NCBI GenBank assembly: GCA_013239625.1
Contig: MU054400.1
Location: 1,709,345-1,773,344 of the forward strand
Direction of reading: 5' to 3'
Source: Lama guanicoe
Taxonomy: Eukaryota
Length of the DNA stretch: 64,000 nt
A program made the position numbers and the translations under genes. Position 1 is the stretch's first letter. Each line of letters begins with the position of its first letter. A model generated the notes under the pieces. That model saw only the letters and a program-made list of their open reading frames with translations, did no database searches and was not told the DNA's origin. This document shows, piece by piece, positions 25,640-39,335 of the stretch.

Positions 25640-28600
25640 ACAATGAAAAGAAACAATATTCGTATTACAGGAATTCCAGAAGGACAAGAGAAAAAAACGA
25701 CAGAAAGCATATATGGGCTGAAAACTTCCCAAACCTGGGGAAAGAAATAGACATTAAGATTCAGGAGGCGTAAAGGACCCCAAATAGGTTGAACCCAAAT
25801 AGGGTACACTAAGATGTATTATAATTAAATTGTTAAGAGTCAAAGGAAAAGAACTTTAAAAGCAGCAAGAGAAAACAGTTAAGTTTGTATAAGGGAGCTC
25901 CCATAAGACTATTGGCAGTTTCTCAACAGAAACTTTTCAGGTCAGAGAGACTAGGATAACATATTCAAAGAAACAAACTGTCAATGAAGAATACAATACC
26001 TAGTGAAGCTGTACTTCAGAAATGTAGGGATAAAGACTTTTCCAAACTAAGAAAAGCTGAGGGAATTCATCACCATTAGACCTGCCTTACAAGAAATGCT
26101 AACGGGAGTCCATTGTGTGGAAATAAAAAGACACTAATTAACATCATAAAAACAAGGCAATGTAAAAACCACTGGTAATGGTAAAAATATATAATCAAAG
26201 CTAGATTCTGTAATATGCTAATGCTGATGCATAATTCATGTACAAACCTAGTTTACAAGTTAAAATGTAAAAAGTAACTATTTTAACTACAATAATCTGT
26301 TATTAGTTACACAATATAAAATATGCAAGATTATAACACCAATAACCTAAAATATGAGGGGGGAGAAGTACAAGTGTAAAACTTAGGCATTGTATTGAAC
26401 TTAAGTTGTTATTAGTTTAAAATAGAGTGTTACAATTTTAAGATATTTTTATGTAAGCTTCATGGTAACCACAAGGGGAAAACCTGTAGTAATTACAAAA
26501 GAAACATGTTAAAGAAGTCAAAGCATACTGATACCAAAAGACATCAAAACAAACAGGATACAAATCCACAAAATTATAAATGAAAAAGGTAAAGTCCTCC
26601 TTGTTTCTTGGTGAGTCTAGCCAAAATTTTGTCAATTCAGCTTTCTTTTCAAAGAACCAGTTAATCTTTCCAGTGTTCCTGTTCTCTATTTCATTTGTTT
26701 CTGCTCTAATCTTTAGTCCGTACCACCAAAAAGCCATCTATAGATTGAATGCAACCACTATCAAATTTCCAGTGAAATTCTTTACAGAAGTAGAAAAAAC
26801 AATCCTAAAATTTACCTGGAACCACAAAAGACCCCACGTAGCCAAAGAAATCCTGAGAATAAAAAACAAAGAGGGCAACACACCTCCTGGTTTCAAGCAG
26901 TACTATAAAACTACAGTAATCAAAACAGTATGGTACTGGCATAAAAACCAACAAATAGATCAATGGGATAGAATTGAGAGCCCAGAAATACTGAAGCATA
27001 TTCAATCAACTAATATTTGACAAGGGAGCCCAGAATACTCAGTGAAGAAAATACAATCTTTCCAATAAATGGTACTGGGAAGATTAGATATTCACATGTG
27101 AAAGAATGAAACTAGACTCTGATCTTCCAGTACTCACAAAAATTAACTTGAAATGAGGGGGGTGGGAATAGCTTAAATAGTAGAGTGCATGCTTAGCATG
27201 CACAATGTCCTGGGTTCAATCCCCAGCACCTCCACTTAAAAAATAAAAAGAAATTTAACCCCACCTGCCCCCCCAAATTAAGAAAAACAAAACAAAAATT
27301 AACTTGCAGTGGATTAAATATTTTAATGAAAGGTGACCCCTGAAACCCCTAAAGAAAACAAAGGGGGGAAAAAGGCTCCTTGACATAGGTCTTGGCAATG
27401 ATTTTCTGGCTATGACATAACCTTAAAGCACAAGAAACCAAATAAAAAACAAGTGGGACTACATCAAACTAAAAAGCTTATGCACAGCAAAAGCAGCAAA
27501 CTAAGTGAAAAAACAACCTCCAGAATGGGAAAAAATATTTGCAAACCATATCTGATTAGGAGTTAGTATCCAAAATATATAAAGAACTCATACAGTTCAA
27601 TAGCAAAAAGCAAATAATTTTAAAATGGGTGAAAGGCCTGAATAGACATTTTTCTAAAGAGGATATATGACAGGCCAACAAGTACATGAAAATATGCTTA
27701 TCATCACTAGTCATTAGGGAAATGCAAATCAAAACCACAGTGACATCTCAGCTCATGCCTTTTAGAATGGCCACCATCAGAAAGACAAGAGATAACAAAT
27801 GCTGGTGAGGATGTGGAGAAAAGGGAAATGTTGTGCATTGTTGGTAGGATTGTAAACTGATATAGCCATTGTGGAAAACAACATGGAGGTTCCACAAAAA
27901 GTTAAAAATTAAACAACCATATGATCCAGCAATTCCACTTCTGAGAATATATCAAAAGGAAACAAAAATACTAACTTGAAAAGATATCTGCATCCCCATG
28001 TTTGTAGCATCATTATTTACAACAGTCAAGACATGGAAACAACCCAAGAAGTTTTATATATAGATAGATAGGTAGATACACACACACATATACATACACA
28101 CACACACAAATATTATTAAGCCACCAAAAAAATGAGAAAATCCTGCCATTTGTGACAACAAAGATGGACCTTGAAGGCATTATGCTAAGTAAGTCAGATA
28201 GAGAAAGACAAACACTGTATGATCTCATTTATATGTGGAATCTAATTTTTTTAAAAAAACCTCATAGAAGGAGGAATCAGATTTGTGGTTAGCAGAAGAA
28301 GGGAGTGGTGAGAGGGAGAATTAGAGGAAGGGAGTTAAAAGGTACAAACTTTCAGTTATAAAATAAATAAGAAGTAGGAATATAATGTACAACATGAGAG
28401 CTATAGTTAATACTGTTGTGTGATATATATGAAAGTTGTTAAGAGAGTACATCTCAAGAGTTCTCCTCACATACAAAAATTTTTTTTCTTTTTCTTTTTG
28501 TTGTATCTATATGAGATAATGGATACTAACTAAAGATAGTGCTGTAATCATTTCACAACATATGTAAGTCAAGCCATTATAACGTATACCTTAAACTTAC

Positions 28601-28640
28601 ACAGTGATTTATGTCAGTTATATCTCAGTAAAGCTGGGGG
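25640..28640 (+). mobile_element. Older L1: ORF1 C-terminal remnant, spacer, collapsed ORF2 with inverted filler, 3' UTR
   Basis: AENFPNLGKEIDIKIQEA (ORF1), KAIYRLNA...WYWHKN (ORF2), minus-strand ORF2 piece at ~26595-26717. Confidence 0.8.
27156..27291 (+). mobile_element. tRNA-derived SINE (camelid vic-1-like) inserted in L1
   Basis: TAGAGTGCATGCTTAGCATGCAC...GGTTCAATCCCCAG head; TSD ACAAAAATTAACTTG at 27136-27150 and 27292-27306. Confidence 0.9.
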
Positions 28641-28769
28641 GAAATGGGGGGAGAAGATGTGTGGGACTAAATTACTGATTTTATCTTTCATATATCAACT
28701 GACATTTCCTAATAGCTCTGGTATAAAAGTACTGAGCAGCCTAGATGAAAGATCCCATAAAACATGCGA

Positions 28770-30037
28770 GCAAAAGACAAAGGGCCAACAAGCATGTGAA
28801 AAGATACTCAGCGTCATTAGTCAGTACCACAGTAAGACAGCCATTTGAGTGGATGGGAAGTGCTATGATTTTTTTAAAATCTGAAAATAACAAGTGCCAA
28901 TAAAGATGAGGAGAAACTGGAACCCTTGAACTTGGTGATGGGATTTAAAAATGGTTCAGCTGCTGTAGAAAACAGTTTGGCAGTTCCTCAAGTCAAACAT
29001 AGAATTACCATGTGATCTAGCAGTCCCACTCCCAGGTATATATTCTCTAAGAATTGAAAACAGGTACTGAAACAAATACTCGTACACAGATGTTCAAAGC
29101 AGCACTAATCCAATTGTCAAAAGGTGGAAACAACCCAAACATCCATAAACGTCTGAATAGATAAAATGTGGTTTATCCATACAATGAAATATTATTCAGT
29201 CATTAGAGACAATGATATGGATACAACATAGATGGATATCAAAAACATGCTGAGTGAAAGTAGACACAAAAGCTCACATAACATAGATTCCATTTATGTC
29301 CATATGAAATATGCAGAATAGATAGAGCCATAGAGACAGAAAGCACACTGGTGGTTGCCAGGGCTGAGGGAAGAGATGAATGAATAATTGTTGGATGGGT
29401 ACTAGGTTTCCTTTATGGGGAGATGAAAATGCTCTCCGACTAGGTAGAGGTATTAGTTGCTAAGCACTGTGAATGTACTAAATGGAGCTAAATTTTTTAT
29501 GTCAAAATGCTTTTTTTTAATTGAAGTATAGTTAATTTACAATGTGTTCATTTCTGTTGTACAGCAAATTGTTTTATATATATTCTTTTTCATCATATTT
29601 TAAGATAATTGAATATAGTTCCTTGTGCTATACAGTAGGACTTTGTTGTTTATCTATTTTATATATAGTAGTTTATATCTCCTAATCCCAAACTCCTAAT
29701 TTATCACTCTCCCACATCCTTTTCCCTTTGGTAACCATAAGTTTGTTTTCTATGTCTGTGAGTCTGTTTCTGTTTTGTAGATAAGTTCACTTGTATCATA
29801 TTTTAGATTCCACATATAACTGATGTTACATGATACATCTTTCTTTGTCTGACTTATTTCACTTAGTATGATAATCTCTAGTTCCATTTGTTGCTGCAAA
29901 TGGCATTTCATTTTTAATGGCTAAGTAGTATTCCATTGTGTGTATGTGTGTATGTATTCACTTTACTCCACACCCTCTCCAGCTAAAATGGTTGATTTTA
30001 TGTTGTAAAGTTCACTTCATTAAAAATTTTTAAAAAT
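28770..30037 (+). mobile_element. Old L1MB-type 3' end, interrupted by a minus-strand L1 fragment at ~29510-29983
   Basis: Typical L1MB 3' UTR wording on both sides of the insert. Confidence 0.7.
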
Positions 30038-30890
30038 AATGCTCAACATCACTAATTATCAGAGAAATGCAAATCAAAACTACGATGAGGTAGTACCTCA
30101 TGGTCAGAATGGCCACCACATAAAAGTCCACAAACAATAAATGCTGGAGAAGCTGTGGAGAAAAGGGAACCTTACTGTTGGTGGGAATGTATTCTGGTGC
30201 AGCTGTTACGGAAAACGGTATGGAGATTCCTCAAAAGACTAAAGATTGACTTACCATATGATCTAGCAGTCCCACTCTGGGGCATATATCTAGAGGAAAC
30301 CTTAATTCAAAAAGGCACTTGAACTCCAATGTACTTAGCAGCACTATTTACAATAGCCAAGACAAGGAAACAACCTAAATGTCCATCGACAGATGACTGG
30401 ATCAAGAAGTTGTGGTATATTTATACAATGGAATACTACTCAGCCATAAAAAATGATAAAATAATGCCATTTGCAGCAACATGGATGGCCCTGGAGAATG
30501 TCATTCTAAGTGAAGTAAGCCAGAGAGAGAAAGAAAAATACCATATGATATCACTCATATGTGGAATCTTAAAAAAAAAAGACAAATGAACTTATTTGCA
30601 AAACAGAAACAGACTCACAAACATAGAAAACAAACTTATGGTTACCAGTGGGGGAAGCGGGTGGGAAGGGATAAATTGGGAGTTCGAGATTTGCAGATAC
30701 TAACTACTACATATAAAAGAGATAAACAACAAGTTCATACTGCATAGCACTATATCTTGTAGTAACCTATGGTGAGAAAGAATATGAAAATGAATGTATG
30801 TATGTTTATGTATGACTAAAGCATAATGCTATACACCAGAAATTGACACAACACTGTAAACTGACTATACTTCAATAAAATACATACATA
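30038..30890 (+). mobile_element. Lineage-specific L1 3' fragment with complete terminus
   Basis: AALFTIAKTRKQPKCPS remnant; ends CTATACTTCAATAAAA; imperfect AT-rich TSD. Confidence 0.88.
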
Positions 30891-31399
30891 AAAATTTTTT
30901 TAAAATAAATGCAAGCCATAATTTTTCTCCCACCATATATACTCCATGAAACCTGAAGGGAGAAAATGCTCACAGTGTTTAAGGAAAGATGACAAGAATG
31001 ATGACTTTCCGGAATATGACATCTTTACATATCTGGTATTCTATATCCTCAGAAGAGGGGTCATTTTCCTCCTCTTTCAGAAAGCAGTGAAAGTAACACA
31101 TCGTATATGAGTGGTAGTACTGCTCTAGGAAGAGCACTCCCATCCCCTTTGGCTATTGTCACGGCTTCTGTGGTCACACAAATCTCCCAAGCCCTTTGTT
31201 CTTTTTTTTTCTCCAGAAGGAAGGATTTACGACTTGCAGCAAGGAGAACATTGGGGATCTTTCTCAAAGCGACATCTCCCTGAACACCAAAAATGGGTAA
31301 GTTTTGTTTTTTTTTCCTCCTTTTGCAGTTTTATTAGATAGAATTATTAGAGTTTGACTGCACATACACATTATATTGAGTGTACATACATATATACAG

Positions 31400-33097
31400 T
31401 ATACTGCACAATATTTTTAGTTTACATATATGTACTAATTATTGTTTCTAAGAACAGATTAAACTTAACATAGTTATCAAAGGAATAAAGCCAATTACAA
31501 AATAAGAATCAACAGAATGCAGTAATCCAATCTTAAAGGACAGTCAAATGTGCTTACACATATTCAAGTCAATCATCTTAGTTATAAATATTAAGTAGTT
31601 CATTTGTGTCATCATTAATTTTTAGATTCCTCATATGAGTGATGTCATATGGTATTTTTCTTTCTCTTTCCGGCCCACTTCACTTAGAATGACAATCTTC
31701 AGGTCCATCCATATTGCTGCAAGTGGCATTATTTTATTCTTTTAAATGGCTGAGTAGTGTTCCATTGTGTGTATGTAGCACATCTTCTTTATCCAGTCAT
31801 CTGTTGATGGACATTTGGGTTATTTTGTAAATAGTGCTTCTATGAACATTGGGGTGCAGATGTCTTTTTGAATTAAGGTTTCCTATGGATATATGCCCAG
31901 GAGTGGGATTGTTGGATCACATGGATCAAATGGTAACTCTATGTTCAGTTTTTTAAGGAACCTCCATACTGTCCTCCATAGTGGCCGCACCAATCTACAC
32001 TCCCACTAACAGTGTAGGAGGGTTCCCTTTTTTCTACACCCTCTCCAGCTTCTATCATTTGTAGACTTTTCAATGATGGCCATTCTGGCTGATGTGAGGT
32101 GATATCTCAGTGTAGTTTTGTTCTGCATTTCTCTGACAACTAGCAATGCTGAGCCTTTTTTCATATGCCTGTTGGCCATTTGTATGTCTTCATTGGAGAA
32201 CTGCTTGTTTAGTTCTGCCCATTTTTGGATTGGGTTGCCTGTTTCTTTGATATTAAGGTGTATGAATATATATTTTGGAAATTAGTCCCTTGTCAGTCAC
32301 ATCATTTGCAAATTCTGTAGGTTGTCTTTTCGTTTTGTTGATGGTATCCTTAGCTGTGCAAAAGCTTTTAGATCCCATTTGTTTATTTTTGCTCTTATTT
32401 CCAATACTCCAGGAGCTGGTTCAAAAAATATATTGCTGTAATGTATGTCTGCGAGTGTTCTACCTATGTTTTCCTCTAGGAGTTTTATAGTATCTGGTCT
32501 TACATTTAGGTCTTTAATTCATTTTGAGTTTATTTTTGTACATAGTGCTAGAGAATATAATTTGTGTTTTACAGGTAGCTGCTCAGTTTTCCCAGCACCA
32601 CTTATTGAAGAGACTGTCTTTTCTCCATTGTATATTCTTGCCTCCTTTGTTGTAGATTAATTGACCATCCGTGTGTAGGTTTATTTCTGGACTTTATCCT
32701 GTTCCATTGATTTATGTGTCTGTTTTTGTGCCAGTACCACACTGTGTTGATTACTGTGGCTTTGTAGTAGCCTGAAGTCAGGGAACATGATTAAGTCAGG
32801 GAACATGATTTCCCCAGCTCCATTCTTTTTCAAGACTGTTTTGGCTATTCGGGGTCTTTTGTGTTTCCATACAAATTTTAACGTGAATAATGTTATTGGT
32901 AACTTGATAGGGACTGCATTAAATCTGTAAAGTGCCTTGGGCAGTACGGTCATTTTTACAATACAGATTCTTCCAATCCAAGAACACGGTATATCTTTCC
33001 TTTTGTTTACGTCGTCTTCAGTTTCCTTCATCACTGTCTTACAGTTTTTGGCATACAGGTCTTTTGCCTCCTTGGCTAGGTTTATTCCTAGGTATCT
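31400..33097 (-). mobile_element. L1 3' fragment with atypical tail cassette; contains an 18-bp tandem duplication at 32775-32810
   Basis: ORF2 remnant ([24 protein letters not shown]); AAGTCAGGGAACATGATT x2. Confidence 0.85.
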
Positions 33098-33259
33098 AAG
33101 ACCTTTGTTCTTATCTGACAGCATTTTCTCATACAGATGGCCTTTGCTCATTAAGTCTCTTTCCTACTATGCAACCTAGTCTCCCTGTCTTCTGCTTTCC
33201 ACATCCTTCTCCTATAAACCAGAGGTGAAGGGAAATCTCAGGTTTCCAGACTAAGTATT

Positions 33260-33900
33260 TTGTTGATGGTAACTCTGTCCTTCCAGTTGCTCAAACCAAA
33301 AACCTGGACCTTCCTCTCTTCATTCTCACATTGGACCTGTCAGCAGCTTCTCTACCTTTAAAACATACCCAAATCGGACTACTACTTACATGTAAGCTGC
33401 ACCGACCTGGTCCAAGCCACCAGCTTTCTCATTGAGATGATCACAGCTGTGTCTGGTCTCCCTGCTCCAGCCCTTGCCCATGTAAGGGTCTCTTTCAACA
33501 GGGCAGCTGGAGTCATCCTTTGAAAACATAAGGCGGACCATGCCACTTGTCTGCTCAGTGTCCTCTAGTGATTTTCCATCTTCCTCAGAGTACAAGCCCA
33601 GTCCTTGCATTGATGTCTTGGCTCCACTCAGGGAGCCTTCCCCTTCTTTCCTAACCTCTGATCTTGTTCTCCTAGGACTCTGTCCCTTGTTCACTCTGCT
33701 CCAGCCCCAGAAGCCCAGCCGTCTCTCAGAGATGCCAGTCACGCCCCCCCCTCTTGCTGTTCCCTCTGCTTGAAGCACCCTTAAGATAATAGGTCTCTTT
33801 TTGCAGGCTGTTAAGCAAATGTCCCCTTCTTGGTGAGGCCTGTCTCAGCCACATTATGTAAGATTTCAGTCCCTCTCCCCAGAACTCCCTATGTATGCCC
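33260..33900 (+). mobile_element. LINE-2 fragment
   Basis: GGTAACTCTGTCCTTCCAGTTGCTCAAACCAAAAACCT and other L2-like wording. Confidence 0.65.
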
Positions 33901-34926
33901 CTTCCCTCATTTGTGGATCTAAGGACGAAAGATAGAGCACTAGCCCAGTGAAGCAGGAGCTCCTGGGGGAGACATCATCACTGTCACTAATCCAGGGCCT
34001 CCACAGGCCAGGCAGTTGCCCACATATGGGACAGGAGGGGCTGGTGATGACTGGGGGAAAATGGACCATATTGAGCTCCATCTGAAAGCTTTAAAATTCC
34101 AATTTTAAAAAACATCTGTGCAGTCCACATGAAATGTGCCTTGCGGATGTTTTAAGGCATATAAGCTACTAGCCTATAAATGCTGGTGTGATAAATTCAG
34201 CTCGATTCCTGATACGCTAAAGTCACCCAAGTGTTCCAGTACTTTGATCTTCACAACAGCAGTATCCACTTGTTTTTCTGGAAAGGAGACAGGCAGGGCA
34301 ATAAATGCTTGCTTTCCTTTCATAGTTTTTCCAACCACTAGCATTAGATGTGCTGGAATTTCGTAATACTTTCTCCTTCATCTCTATGCTCAAATTTTAA
34401 GGTAGCAAGGATAGAGTAGAAAGCAGACCAGACAAAGGTGGGACAACCCAGCCCTGCCACTTATGTCACACTTTACTTATGTGACTTAAAGTTATTAAGT
34501 AACTTTAACTAAAAGTTATTCTTGGAGCTCGGTTTGCTTAAGTACAACACAGGAGTAACACCTACCTCATAAGGCTAGGGTGAGGGTTAAATGAAATTAT
34601 AGATGCATAAGTGCTGTCTGTATCAAAAAAGCTACAGAAATTAGATGCTACTATCTTACCAAAGAACATTAGACTACATTGATCTGTTACCAAGCAATAT
34701 TTACATCTATTAATCTGTTGTTGTTACCTCTGTTGATCTGTTGTCAAGCAGTATCAGTTTATTTCACTTCATTTGTATGTAAGATGCCTCCTGATTGTAT
34801 TCACAAAGCTCAATGGCTGAAAACTTTTTTTAGAAGTGATAAGACAAGGGTTTAGGAAAAGGAATTAGCTTTCAAACTTATATTGATTATCCAACCCAAT
34901 TAAAATTATATTCTAGCTGAAAATTT

Positions 34927-35143
34927 TTAACATATAGGAAACAAATGTTAACCATTATGTTTTAGACAGTAATTAATATAACTATTCTTTTCTACCATTA
35001 TTGTCCTTATTCAACTTGAAGAAATACTTCATGAAACTTAACATATAGGAAACAAATGTTAACCATTATGTTTTAGACAGTAATATAACTATTCTTTTCT
35101 ACCATTATTGTCCTTATTCAACTTGAAGAAATACTTTATGAAC
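34927..35143. repeat. ~111-bp tandem duplication (2 copies)
   Basis: Copies 34927-35037 and 35038-35143 differ by a 4-nt indel, one substitution and a 1-nt indel at the end. Confidence 0.95.
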
Positions 35144-35175
35144 TGAGATAGCAAGAATCAAAAGATGCTGATGGA

Positions 35176-36022
35176 GCACTATTTACAGTAGCCAAGACAT
35201 GGAAGCAACCTAAATGGCTGACAGATGACTGTATAAAGAAGTTGTGGTATATTTATACAATAGAATAGTACTCAGCCATAAAAAAGAATAAAACAATGCC
35301 ATTTGAAGCAACATGGATGGACCTGGAAATTGTCCAAGTGAAGTAAAACAGAAAGTGAAAGAAAAATACTATATGATATCACTTATATGGGGAATCTAAA
35401 AAATGAGACAAGTGAACCTATTTACAAAGCAGAGATAGACTTACGTAGAAAAGAAACGTGTGGTTACCAGGGAAGAAAGGGAAGGTGGCAGGATAGCTTG
35501 GGAGTTTGGAATTTGCAGATACTAACTACTGTATATAAAATAGATAAGTATAATCGTCCTGCTGTGTAGCATGGGGACTATACTGAATACCTTGTAGTGG
35601 CCTATAATGGGGAGTAATATGAAAAGGAATATATAACATACTATATATCATATAATTTAGTATATACCATTATATATTATAATGTATATAATGTATATCA
35701 TAAAACATTATGCATTATATATTGCATAGATTGATATGTCATATTACATATCTACATTATACACTTGTTTTACATATAGTATGTATTATAATATAATATG
35801 AACTATATTATATACTATATGTTGTATATATTATACATGTGTATATATTATATACTATACTGTATATGTACTACTGTATGTAGTATACTATAATATATAC
35901 AGTACATAATATAGTATATAGTACATATACTATACAATATACATGCTATATAATATATACTATATAGTATCCATAGTATCTATAATATATACAGTAGATG
36001 TAGTATACTTCAATTAAAAAAG
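35176..36022 (+). mobile_element. L1 3' fragment with expanded TA-rich low-complexity tract (~35625-36005)
   Basis: TSD AAAAGATGCTGMTGGA at 35160-35175 and 36023-36038. Confidence 0.88.
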
Positions 36023-37029
36023 AAAAGATGCTGCTGGAAGAGACTGACCAGTGATGATGGATGGGCAGTGTGTCTGCCCTGTACAAGCAGGGTGTGCCCT
36101 GCTCATTCCAGTCAACACCAGTCCCATAATCCCAATGTGATGATACCCCATTCACTACAACACAACCTGCTCAGTAGGCTGCTGACAGATGCTGCTACTG
36201 AAAATATTGTTCTTCGTCTTACTGCTAAATACAAAATAGAGACCTTCTTTAGTACACAGGAAAATTAGTGGCAGGTAAAAATGGAATAAGCATTGCTCAC
36301 ATTTACGTTCAGAAATCAGCCCCTCTATTAACTCAGCATATCTGTGACAAGAGTCCAAATACTACAGCTGAGGTTACAACAGCTTGTGTGTGTACAAAAC
36401 AGCTAAAGAGACTGACTAAAGGCCCGTGAGTAGTTTGCCTGTGTGCAGTGTTTATGAATGAAGCAATGCAATATTCCATGTCATCAGAACACATGTCTTA
36501 AAAGGAAGCTATTAATAACCCCTAGCTATCTCATGAGTTTGTGGAAAGGCTCAAAAGTATGTAGAAAACAAATGTGAGAAAGCACTTTGGGGACAATATG
36601 GCAGCATCAGAATATAACAGATCACTTGTCATTGGCATTTATCTACTCTAACTTCCTTAGCAAAGACTGGTGTTTGCATTACTTGGGGTAACTTTAAACC
36701 CACTTGGCAATGCCTTTCCTATTTGGAATCTGCCACTGTCATTGCAGTCATGTGGCTGAAACCAAACTGGCTCACTTTGCAGGAGACACTTTTTCAGCTT
36801 TGTTGCCCCTGCCATGGCCACATGACACCCTGGGAGCATCAGGCCTCTCTCCATGCTGAAGGCTTTGGCAGATGGCACCTTTGGGAACCACCATCCTGGT
36901 TCCCTCTGAGGCATCCCAAGTCACCCTGTGCTGATACCCAACTATGGGTCTCCCCCTCAGCCTGCAGAGCAGGGACATAAAGAATGAGGTACCCTCACCT
37001 GGCAGGGAGGAGGGTATTTAAAAAAAAAA

Positions 37030-37757
37030 CAGAGGGATTTTGGAGGTCAGAGTGATTGGCAGGGCCACTGTCATTTATCAGGTAGGGGTCAAGGATGCCA
37101 AATATCCTAAAATGCATTGGATGGTCCCACAAAATAAAGAAGTATTCTGCATCCTACATAAGTTTCAGATGTCCTATTAAATATTATCCATGTAGGCAAA
37201 AAAACCTGTTTAGAATGATCTGAATCTAGAATTTACCTCTGTTTTACATTTAAACCTAAAGCATTTGGATGTCATTTTAACATATTTTTTAAGTGGTAGG
37301 ACTGGTAATTGACAGGTTTTAAATTTTTTTTAAATTGAAGTATAGTTGATTTATGATTTTAACATACTTTGAATTTTTCAGGCGTACAGCCACTGGGTAA
37401 ATTGAAGGAAGTGTCTTGCCAAGACATTTGTTTACCTGTTCAGAACATCACATCACTGTTGTCCAGAATGGCTAAGGTGTCCAAGATGCCTGCAGACCAG
37501 CACACGTTCCTGCATCTGCTGAGTGGTGCCCATGTCCCCCGTTACACTCACAGAGGAGCCATCATCCTACTCCTTCATTCTGCCTCCTGGTGAGCCACGC
37601 TTAAGAGAAACTTTTGAAAGACTTAACCATTTTATTATGAACTACTTCAAATTTCTCCTGACATTAGTTAGAGCAGTATTTTGACTTTTAAAGTTATGTG
37701 TAAGTAGATTTTGTTATTAAATGGGGACACTGAACTTCAAAGGATTGATACCCACTG
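37030..37757. mobile_element. hAT-Charlie (MER20B/Charlie-like) DNA transposon remnant
   Basis: MER20-like head (GGGGTCAAGGATGCCAAATATCCTAAAATGCA) and TIR-like end GGATTGATACCCACTG; family assignment from memory. Confidence 0.5.
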
Positions 37758-38339
37758 CTCAAGAACACACACAACTGTCAGATCTCTACGGAGGAGAGGT
37801 ACTTGTTGCCTATTAACCAGAGCCATCCTTCCTGAGGTGGGCTAACTTCTGATTGCTCTCCTTTGGTTCATCTGTGTAGTCATCCTGGCTCTGGGGGGTG
37901 TGCTGTCCTCCTGCATTGAGGGTGTGGATAGGAAGAGTGGGAGAGAAGAAGGGAAGAGGTCATCACTCCACTTTGAGGAAATATGATGGAGTCGAAAGAG
38001 CAGTGGCCTGGATTTCTGGGGACTTGGATTCAGTTGCGGAGAACTCTGTGTGGGTTCTTAGACATGTCGCTTCAGTTCTGTGCATCTTGGACTCTTTACC
38101 TACAGAATGGACCAGATCCCTTCCAGTTTCAGTGTTCTGTGGCTTGATCTTAGTCTAGGTCTCTCAATGAAATGTCCCACTCAAAACTATACATATACTT
38201 TCCCTGAAAGCACCACTAACCTCCATAAAATAAGCAGAGCTATTTCTCCTGTATCTATGGAGAAACAAGACAAAGGGCACTAAGATTTACCATGAATTTT
38301 TTACAGGGCTAGACATTTTAAACATATGATCATATATTT

Positions 38340-38460
38340 GTAAGAGGAGATGAGGAAACTGAGGCTCTGAGAGGTTAAGTAACTTGCACAAGGTCATGAA
38401 GCTAGGAAACAATAGAGCAGGGGGCTGTACCCAGGCCTGACTCCAAAGCATCTTCCAGAT
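38340..38460 (-). mobile_element. MIR SINE
   Basis: Core GATGAGGAAACTGAGGCTCTGAGAGGTTAAGTAACTTGC; similar MIRs near 34450, 41300, 46210, 48820 and 49850. Confidence 0.8.
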
Positions 38461-38593
38461 CACTACGTTTTCCTGAGAAGGGAGGGGGGCCTCTCTGAGA
38501 GGCCCAGAGACCCTCACTTCTTAGCTAAAGAGGAAGAGTCGTTTGTGTTACTGGCCACCTTCATTGGCTGAAATCACAGTATCGTTATATGGA

Positions 38594-39335
38594 AGGTGAT
38601 CATTTGTCCCTATTTGCCTGGTACAGTCCCCAATCTATGCCTTCTGTCTGAGCATCATTATTAAAGTGCCCCTTTCATACATGCACTCCACTGTTCACCA
38701 CAGCACTGTTTACAGTAGCCAAGACATGGAAGCAACCAGACTGTCCGTCAACAGATGACTGGATAAAGAAGATATGGTATATATATGTGTGTGTGTATAT
38801 ATGTATATATATATGTGTATATGTATATACACATACACACACACACAATGGGATACTACTCAGCCACTAAAAACAATGAAGTAGTGCCATTTGCAGCAAC
38901 ATGGATGGACCCAGTAATTATCATACTAAATGAAGTCAGAGAAAGACAAGTATATGATATCACATATGTAAAATATGATACAAGCGAACTTATTTGCAGA
39001 ACAGACTCATAGACATAGGTTACTGTAAATTTTTCTAAGAGGAAAAGGGTGGGGGAGGGATAAATTAGGAATTTGGGATTTGCAGATACAAACTACTACA
39101 TATAAAAGAGATAAACAACAAGGTCCTACTGTAGAGCACAGGGAACTATATTCAATATCCTGTAATAAACCATAGTGAAAAGAATATAAAAAAGAAAAAA
39201 TGTATATAGCCGAATCCCTTTGCTGTACAACAGAAACTAATACAACATTGTAAATCAACTATACTTCAGTAAAAAATAAAATAAAATGCCCCTTTCACTC
39301 TCAGAAGGTTTGCCTAATAGATTTATGGTCACCTA
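38594..39335. mobile_element. MER94-like hAT MITE split by an L1 insertion
   Basis: TIR-like ends AGGTGATCAT... and ...ATGGTCACCT; the halves rejoin across the TSD. Confidence 0.6.
38678..39282 (+). mobile_element. L1 3' fragment
   Basis: TSD AAARTGCCCCTTTCA at 38663-38677 and 39283-39297; A-rich tail; internal (TA/TG/CA)n. Confidence 0.88.

Noticed and set aside
34927..35143. CRISPR-like or other spacer array
   Set aside because: Only two adjacent copies with no spacers, in eukaryotic context; no repeat-spacer array seen anywhere in the window
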